IMG/VR virus record: IMGVR_UViG_3300043432_000484
Span: 1-64,000 of that record
DNA: 64,000 nt
Direction: 5' to 3' (one strand)
DNA from: a virus
Lineage: Duplodnaviria; Caudoviricetes
Positions within the stretch are counted from its first letter, which is position 1, and every line of letters begins with the position of its first letter. The position numbers were made by a program, and so were the translations under genes. The notes below the pieces were generated by a model. The model was given only the letters and a program-made list of their open reading frames with translations. It was not told the DNA's origin and ran no database searches. Positions 58,187-64,000 of the stretch are shown one piece after another.

Positions 58187-58453
58187 TCACCCCGCGTCAA
58201 AGAAGCGCTTTTCATGGGGTGAAACGATAGCCCCCTGAGCCGGCTTGATCCCTAGCTCCCCCATGGCTTCCTCGTCCCATTCGAACTTGGGTCGAAAATC
58301 TCCATCCCCGTCAGCGTAGATCGCCACCTCTCGACTGGAGCCCATCCCTCCAAGCTGCTGCATCGTCTTGAGCATGCCTAGGAACTGGCGTGCCCACCGC
58401 GCATTCATGGTGCACGTGACGCGGAATGTGATCTTGGGGTCAGTACTGGCCAT
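58187..58453 (-). CDS. Hypothetical protein
   Basis: LGGMGSSR...ADGDGDFRPKF; start ATG 58453, 9 nt after GGTGTA. Confidence 0.65.
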   Translation of the reverse strand: MASTDPKITFRVTCTMNARWARQFLGMLKTMQQLGGMGSSREVAIYADGDGDFRPKFEWDEEAMGELGIKPAQGAIVSPHEKRFFDAG

Positions 58454-58608
58454 GCCAGTACATACACCGATCACCGGATCCCATGCTGAGGCACTGAAAT
58501 TCATTTTCTTTCCCGGGTCAAAATAAATCCTCCCCGAGCTTGCCATTCAGCTCCCTGAGTAGTACATACTCTCCAATCCCTCACCCCGAGGGAAGGAGAT
58601 CAGAACAC

Positions 58609-59730
58609 ATGTTATCTAATTCAGATGGGGCCGTCCTAAACGGCCGAATCGTAAAGCCCTACTTGTTCCAGACCGCCCTAAAAGTGCGACGGCTAACCCA
58701 ATTCGTACCAGACCCCAGCCTCATGGAGGACCCCAAAGCACCCAAGACGCCAGAGCAGAAACAACTCATGGAGGTGCGCAAGGAAATCCAACGTCCCTTG
58801 GAAGGACGGAAAAAGGAAAATATGCGGTCATACGCGGACCACATCCTCTCTGGAGGTGAAACCCCTTCCATCATTCTCGCATCACTGGCCTCGTTGCCAG
58901 TCGAGACACTCCCTGTGCCAGGTGACGACATCGGAATTCAGCACGTGCAAATTCCGTACGGTATGCAGCTGGTTGCGGCGGATGGTGACACTCAGACAGC
59001 CGCCCTATACGCGGCGATGGTCGAGCGCCCCGCCATCGCAGATGACACGATCCGAATCGACATCTACCATGGACGTGATCTGGATTTCTTCAGACAGCTG
59101 TTTCATGACCTCAATAACAAGGGGGTGCGCCCATCCACAGTACTCGGACTGGGAATGGATGGCAGAGACCCTGTGGTCAGGATTTGCAGGGAAATAGAGA
59201 AGTTACCCTTCTTGACCGGCCGCCTCAACAAGAAATCGCGTCAACTAAAAAAGAAAGGTGGCGAACAGATCATCACGCTGACTGCCCTCCACACTGCCGT
59301 TCGCACGCTCCTCCTCGGTAAGCCCGGGATCGGACGGAAGGACGCACTCTCCATGGACTCGACTGAAGAGCGTCGCAACAGTGAATTGGCGTGCCTCTGG
59401 TTCGGCTCTGTCTTCGATGCGATTGGGGCAGCAATGGAAGATCGCGAGTGCTTGGCATCCGGTCCCGCTGTACTGCCAGCCATTGGGGCTGTTGGTCACC
59501 AACTTCTCAGCTTGGACCCTGCCCAACTGAAGCTGGAGGCCGCGCGTCTCGCGCTGGAGCTAAAAAGTGTGGACTGGAGACGTGGACAACACTGGGCAGG
59601 TATCGCGGGTCGCTGGGACACCGATAGAGGCACTTTGTCCACCGCTGGTGCCAAAGAGGCTTGTCACGCTGTCCTCACCGCACTCACGGACTCCAGTTCG
59701 TCAGCATACCGAGCCATCCGGCACCAGTGA
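58609..59730 (+). CDS. DndB/DGQHR-family ParB-like protein
   Basis: IQR, TPSIIL, ADGDTQTAA (DGQHR variant), RQLFHDLNNKGVRP; AAGGAG RBS before ATG 58609. Confidence 0.7.
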   Translation: MLSNSDGAVLNGRIVKPYLFQTALKVRRLTQFVPDPSLMEDPKAPKTPEQKQLMEVRKEIQRPLEGRKKENMRSYADHILSGGETPSIILASLASLPVETLPVPGDDIGIQHVQIPYGMQLVAADGDTQTAALYAAMVERPAIADDTIRIDIYHGRDLDFFRQLFHDLNNKGVRPSTVLGLGMDGRDPVVRICREIEKLPFLTGRLNKKSRQLKKKGGEQIITLTALHTAVRTLLLGKPGIGRKDALSMDSTEERRNSELACLWFGSVFDAIGAAMEDRECLASGPAVLPAIGAVGHQLLSLDPAQLKLEAARLALELKSVDWRRGQHWAGIAGRWDTDRGTLSTAGAKEACHAVLTALTDSSSSAYRAIRHQ

Positions 59731-59734
59731 GATT

Positions 59735-60517
59735 CTACGTCTTGGTAAGGTGATACTTCCTCATCCTAATGGAGCGCTCACTCCGTCCCAGATGCAACAT
59801 TGCATCCTGGACGGGGTGGGTGCGGATGTAACTGTCCTGCTCCGGCGTCCACCAGTTCTTCGGGCCGCGTCGCTCCATCCCCTCCGGCCGGACCCACCGC
59901 ATGAGCCCGACATATGCCGCGTGCTTGCGCTCTAGCCGGAGCGCGCTACCCTCGTACAACTCACGAGACAGCTTCTGAGCATCCTCCTTGAAGACCGTCA
60001 AATTGTAGATGTGGTCCCGTCGGTTGCGGTTCGCCCTCTTGCGCTGACCGATCACACCCTCCAGGTACCCGACGTAAGCCAAAGCGATCGCCTCGCTCTT
60101 GGTGGTCAGAGACACAAAAGGCCAGCCTTTGGCGGTCAAACCCAGCGACCCGTCCCCATCGACCAAACCCCGGAAGTAGTCCCGCGGGCTGAAATCCCAG
60201 GTTGGCGGAGCCACGGTCTCCGATTTCGCCCCAACGGGCACCCCCAAGCGCTCCAGCTCTTCACGCGTCTCCCGGTCATAGAGGGTCCAAACACACGAAG
60301 CATAACCATCCTTGAAGTTGGTGTCCCGGGTGCGCTCAGACAGATGGGAATGCACCGGGAAGGCTGCTTGCAGGGCTTCCAGGATCTGGCGATCCCCGGC
60401 TTGCAGCTCCACTCGAACCTTCCCGCGATTACGAGAGTCTGAGCTGTGGTGGCCGTCGGACTGTAGGAAGCCAATGATGTAGGACAATTGAGGTGTTTCT
60501 AGGAAGTGGTGGAGCAT
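59735..60517 (-). CDS. Free-standing LAGLIDADG homing endonuclease with C-terminal Myb-like HTH
   Basis: YIIGFLQSDG and YFRGLVDGDG; WTPEQD...LGRSERSIRMR. Confidence 0.85.
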   Translation of the reverse strand: MLHHFLETPQLSYIIGFLQSDGHHSSDSRNRGKVRVELQAGDRQILEALQAAFPVHSHLSERTRDTNFKDGYASCVWTLYDRETREELERLGVPVGAKSETVAPPTWDFSPRDYFRGLVDGDGSLGLTAKGWPFVSLTTKSEAIALAYVGYLEGVIGQRKRANRNRRDHIYNLTVFKEDAQKLSRELYEGSALRLERKHAAYVGLMRWVRPEGMERRGPKNWWTPEQDSYIRTHPVQDAMLHLGRSERSIRMRKYHLTKT

Positions 60518-60536
60518 GCCCACCACTTCCTAGAAA
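60496..60536 (-). promoter_or_regulatory. 17-bp perfect inverted repeat sequestering the RBS of the LAGLIDADG gene
   Basis: TTTCTAGGAAGTGGTGG-AGCATGC-CCACCACTTCCTAGAAA; start codon in the loop. Confidence 0.75.
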
Positions 60537-60543
60537 AGGAATA

Positions 60544-61710
60544 TCACCCCTTGACGCAAAGCACCTGTTTGAGGGTTGCCACAATCTCCACCAGGTCAGA
60601 TTGATTCGCCATGACCTGATCGATGTCCTTGTAAGCCCCTGGAATCTCGTCCAGGACGGCTTGATCTTTTCGGCACTCTACTCCGGCTGTCTGCTCCGCG
60701 AGATCTTCCAGAGTGAACTTTCGCTTCGCTGCTCCCCGGGACATACGCCGTCCGGCTCCGTGGGAAGCCGAATGAAACGACTCTGGGTTGCCGAGCCCGC
60801 GAACGATGTAGGATCGCGTCCCCATTGAACCAGGGATGATTCCCAGTTCTCCGGATCGTGCCGATATGGCTCCCTTACGAGTCACCAACACATCTTCCCC
60901 GAAATGGTTCTCCTCAGAGACATAGTTGTGGTGACAGACAATGGGCTCTTCGTACTCGATCTGTGGGAACATCTTCGAGAGCACGTCTTGGGAGATCTTG
61001 AGCATGACCTCCCGGTTCGCACGTGCGTAATCTTGTGCCCACATCAAGTCATGCCGATACGCCACCATCTCCGGAGTGCCGGCAAGGAACACTGCCAAGT
61101 CCTTGTCAGGTAGGGCTTGGTTGTGTGTCAGCTTCATGGCCTTGCTGATGTGGATCTCAGCCAAGGTTTTGCCGATGTTCCGGGACCCGGAGTGAAGCAT
61201 GATCCAGACGTTCTGCTCTAAATCCAAGCAAACCTCATAAAAATGGTTCCCGGACCCGAGGGTACCCATCTGCTTACGGGCCTTCCCAACGATGTCCTGG
61301 ACGCTCTCATGCAAGTTTGGGAAGGCCTTCCACAGCTGGTGCTTGTCGGCATGCTTAGACACCTCTTCGTGCAACGAAAAGCCCACTGGCACAGCTGCTT
61401 CGATCGCTAGGCGCAACCCCTGAAGAGAGTCCGGTAGGTCCGAGGCTCGGAGGTTCGTTTTGACCGCGGCCATGCCGCAGCCGATATCTACGCCCACTGC
61501 CGCGGGAGAGATGGCGCCCTTCATGGCGATCACGGAGCCGACCGTAGCACCCTTGCCGAAGTGCACATCCGGCATGACCGCGACGTGATGGAACACCCAA
61601 GGCAATGCCGCAATGTTCTTGAGCTGCGTCAACGCTGCGCTCTCCACTTCGTGGATGTTCGTCCACAGATGGATCGGCGCGACCTTACCTTGTAGCTTGG
61701 AGATGGACAT
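60544..61710 (-). CDS. rtcB: RtcB RNA ligase
   Basis: MPDVHFG, GVDIGCG, GTLGSGNHF, HSGSR, HHNY, PGSMG, SHGAGR, DEIPGAYK. Confidence 0.95.
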   Translation of the reverse strand: MSISKLQGKVAPIHLWTNIHEVESAALTQLKNIAALPWVFHHVAVMPDVHFGKGATVGSVIAMKGAISPAAVGVDIGCGMAAVKTNLRASDLPDSLQGLRLAIEAAVPVGFSLHEEVSKHADKHQLWKAFPNLHESVQDIVGKARKQMGTLGSGNHFYEVCLDLEQNVWIMLHSGSRNIGKTLAEIHISKAMKLTHNQALPDKDLAVFLAGTPEMVAYRHDLMWAQDYARANREVMLKISQDVLSKMFPQIEYEEPIVCHHNYVSEENHFGEDVLVTRKGAISARSGELGIIPGSMGTRSYIVRGLGNPESFHSASHGAGRRMSRGAAKRKFTLEDLAEQTAGVECRKDQAVLDEIPGAYKDIDQVMANQSDLVEIVATLKQVLCVKG

Positions 61711-61950
61711 TTATTCTTCCTCTAGCACCAGACTCGTGATCTTGGCGTACAGCCAAGGGATCTCAGGATCTCCCAAATTCTGCAGGATCCCATCTCTGGA
61801 CAACTGCTTGACGTAGATTCGATCTGACTTGGTCCTACTGAATCGTACGAATCTGAACCGCCTCCGGATAGGATCGCCCGCTCCATGCTCTGGGTAGCAA
61901 CAGGTGAACTCGCGCCCTTCTAGGCCGACAAACTCTCCACGCCTAGCCAT
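61711..61950 (-). CDS. Hypothetical protein
   Basis: Start ATG 61950 overlapping the tsf stop. Confidence 0.55.
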   Translation of the reverse strand: MARRGEFVGLEGREFTCCYPEHGAGDPIRRRFRFVRFSRTKSDRIYVKQLSRDGILQNLGDPEIPWLYAKITSLVLEEE

Positions 61951-62549
61951 CAGCTCCCCAGCCCCTCCCCGACTTCCCAACGAATGAAGCGGCGGATGGT
62001 GACATTCTCACCCAACTTGGCCCCAAGTTCAATGCGGAGTTGGTCGATTGTCTTCCCCGGCTGGGTGACCGATTCCTGATCCAAGAGACAGGCCTCCTGG
62101 TACCACTTGTTCATCTTACCATCCAGGATTTTCTCCAACGCAACCCCAGTCTTACCAGCCGGGACTTGGTCCATGAAGATTGAACGCTGGTGCAGATTGA
62201 TGGCTTCCCCCACATCGGTACGGCTCAGGAAGCGTGGGGTGGAGGCCACAATGTGCATCGCCACTTCATCGCAGAACGCCTGGAACTCCGAGGTTCGGGC
62301 AGAGAAATCAGTCTCGCAATTGACCTCCACCACCGCGACCTTGGCGCCGCCGCCATGAACGTAGGTCACGACTTTACCCTCGGTTGCGATGCGTCCGGCG
62401 CGCTCCGTAGCCTTGACCATCCCGCGCTTCTGGAGCAGCTCCAACGCCTTCTCCACGTCGCCCGCGGACTCTTCCAAAGCCTTGCGGCAAGCGTCCATAC
62501 CCACACCCGAGCGGGTGCGCACTTCCTTGATTTGTTCCAGTGTGGCCAT
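61950..62549 (-). CDS. tsf: Translation elongation factor Ts (short form)
   Basis: GVGMDACRKAL, ATEG...YVH, EVNCETDF, GENVTIRRFIRW. Confidence 0.92.
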   Translation of the reverse strand: MATLEQIKEVRTRSGVGMDACRKALEESAGDVEKALELLQKRGMVKATERAGRIATEGKVVTYVHGGGAKVAVVEVNCETDFSARTSEFQAFCDEVAMHIVASTPRFLSRTDVGEAINLHQRSIFMDQVPAGKTGVALEKILDGKMNKWYQEACLLDQESVTQPGKTIDQLRIELGAKLGENVTIRRFIRWEVGEGLGS

Positions 62550-62552
62550 ACA

Positions 62553-62765
62553 TTACCTCTGCAGGAAAAATTGCGTTCCTAACTCTGTGACCCTTACATG
62601 ACGTCGATTGCCCCACCCAGATCCGTCTCCGCGTAACCATCCTTTACGGATCAGGCCCAGCACCATGGCCTCCTCTTCTTCGGCGTACTGAACGATCAAC
62701 CCATCCCCCTGAAGGATGTAGTGCTCGGCACAGAAGGACATGAATTCGGATTCAGATTTAGGCAT
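62553..62765 (-). CDS. Small winged-helix-like hypothetical protein
   Basis: LIRKGWL...VRVTELG. Confidence 0.5.
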   Translation of the reverse strand: MPKSESEFMSFCAEHYILQGDGLIVQYAEEEEAMVLGLIRKGWLRGDGSGWGNRRHVRVTELGTQFFLQR

Positions 62766-62770
62766 GAACG

Positions 62771-62805
62771 AAAAACGGGCGACAACCTTTCAGCTGCCGC
62801 CCGTT
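62771..62805 (-). terminator. Intrinsic terminator downstream of the vWA gene
   Basis: - strand AACGGGCGGCAGCTGAAAGGTTGTCGCCCGTTTTT. Confidence 0.7.
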
Positions 62806-62825
62806 ACACTACACCGAACCTAGGG

Positions 62826-64000
62826 TTACCAGCTCTTGGACTTCTGCTTGATCTTGCGCTTGGCCTTGGGCTTCTTTTCCGCCACAGGGGCCTCAGGAAC
62901 GGTGGTTACCGTGACCACTGGAGGAGTGGCCGGAGCAACATGCATGGCCCCACCGCCAATGAAGATCGGGTTGAGCCCCGTGTTTCCGCCAGTCCAAATG
63001 GCCTGGTTGCTCGGCCAAGAGGGCTGACCGAAAGGGTTGTTCGGATCCACGATCCAACTTGCCCCTGCTTGCCCGCCACCGATCTGCGTTGGACCTACAG
63101 TCGAAACATCTTGGATGGGTAGAGCGTCCCCAGTCCTCACGTCGTCTACCGAAAATGCGTCCGCAACGTTGGTTTGAAAAGAGTTGTTCATCGCGACGCC
63201 CAAGGATTCCAAATCCACGGCAGCGTCGGCAGAGTATGTCCCGCCAAGCCCCCGAGTTGCGCCGCGGGTAACGCTTGCACGATAGGAAGCGCTCCCCACA
63301 TAGGCATCTCTGGAACTCAAGCTGTTCCCAAGGTTGCTGGACACTGCACTCAGGCCGACCAGCCCACGTGTTTTGACACTGTCCGAGAACGTGTTCATAA
63401 CGGACGATGCCCTCATATAGTCGCCGCGCTTGGCGTGCTCATCCGCCTCCAATTGCGCTCTGACCATCTGGGCGATACCCACGATCTGATCCAGCTCCGG
63501 GTCGATCTTGGTTTGTTCTTCCCCGGACTTGACGAACTGGACCTTGGCTTTGACCTCTAGGGTCTTGCGCTCGCGCTTCAAGTTCGCGTCCATCACGTCA
63601 TATCCGATCGTGACATCGAGTACGTTCACCTCTCGGGGGAATGCGTTCTTCTGTGCTTGCAGTTTGATCGCGAGAACCAGGTGTCGAGTTTCCTCAGAAA
63701 GGATCTCTGGAAGCTTGATGGTAACATCCCCCATGTCCTCCTCATCGGCGTCCACATCTGTCACCACTTGAGTGATGCTGTGCCCTGCCAATGGGGATAC
63801 CTCGACCGTGATGTTTGTGGCGTAGGTTGAGCACAGGCCGCCCAACTCTTTGCCGAAAGCCGACAAGGCATCATCAGGGTTGCTGATGAATGCGTAGTTG
63901 CCGTTTCCGCCGTTGGCCAACCCAAGTAGCAACTCCTGGTTAGCCCCCAACCCGTAACCAAAGGCGCTCAAGCTTGCGGTTCCAATGTTGGGCTTGACCA
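62826..64000 (-). CDS. von Willebrand factor A (vWA) domain protein, partial (starts beyond the right edge)
   Basis: SAFGYG...ELL..LA..GNGNYAFI; the frame stays open to the window end. Confidence 0.75.
   Translation of the reverse strand, partial: VKPNIGTASLSAFGYGLGANQELLLGLANGGNGNYAFISNPDDALSAFGKELGGLCSTYATNITVEVSPLAGHSITQVVTDVDADEEDMGDVTIKLPEILSEETRHLVLAIKLQAQKNAFPREVNVLDVTIGYDVMDANLKRERKTLEVKAKVQFVKSGEEQTKIDPELDQIVGIAQMVRAQLEADEHAKRGDYMRASSVMNTFSDSVKTRGLVGLSAVSSNLGNSLSSRDAYVGSASYRASVTRGATRGLGGTYSADAAVDLESLGVAMNNSFQTNVADAFSVDDVRTGDALPIQDVSTVGPTQIGGGQAGASWIVDPNNPFGQPSWPSNQAIWTGGNTGLNPIFIGGGAMHVAPATPPVVTVTTVPEAPVAEKKPKAKRKIKQKSKSW

Overview
A 64-kb segment of a large (jumbo-type) tailed dsDNA phage genome, nearly all on the - strand. 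No integrase or tail genes are visible. The left block (1-27743) is a head and packaging module: major capsid, decoration protein plus three paralogues, scaffold, Zn-finger prohead protease, portal, terminase and many novel head-associated ORFs. It is interrupted by homing endonucleases, a J-domain protein, a PhyH-family dioxygenase and an atypical tRNA. The right block (29274-64000) covers replication, recombination and host takeover: DnaX/HolA/HolB, a probable beta clamp, primase, split SbcC plus SbcD, RecA, RuvC, SSB, RecD2, LigA, class II RNR, GroEL, RtcB, EF-Ts and a vWA protein. Main highlights: (1) a NusG-5'-3' exonuclease fusion next to a tandem sigma4-only protein at the block junction; (2) two single-element promoter-like motifs at fixed distances from start codons (GGTGTA-N9/10-ATG and pyrimidine-rich TTAT-N14-ATG); (3) a candidate head-targeting and processing code (R/K-V-A-x-R-aromatic and K/R-x-A-S) in polyprotein-like head ORFs; (4) a structured RNA with a leader ORF and a 25-aa hydrophobic peptide resembling a type I toxin locus; (5) a tRNA with a Ser anticodon but no long variable arm. 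All calls come from reading motifs by eye; no database searches were run.
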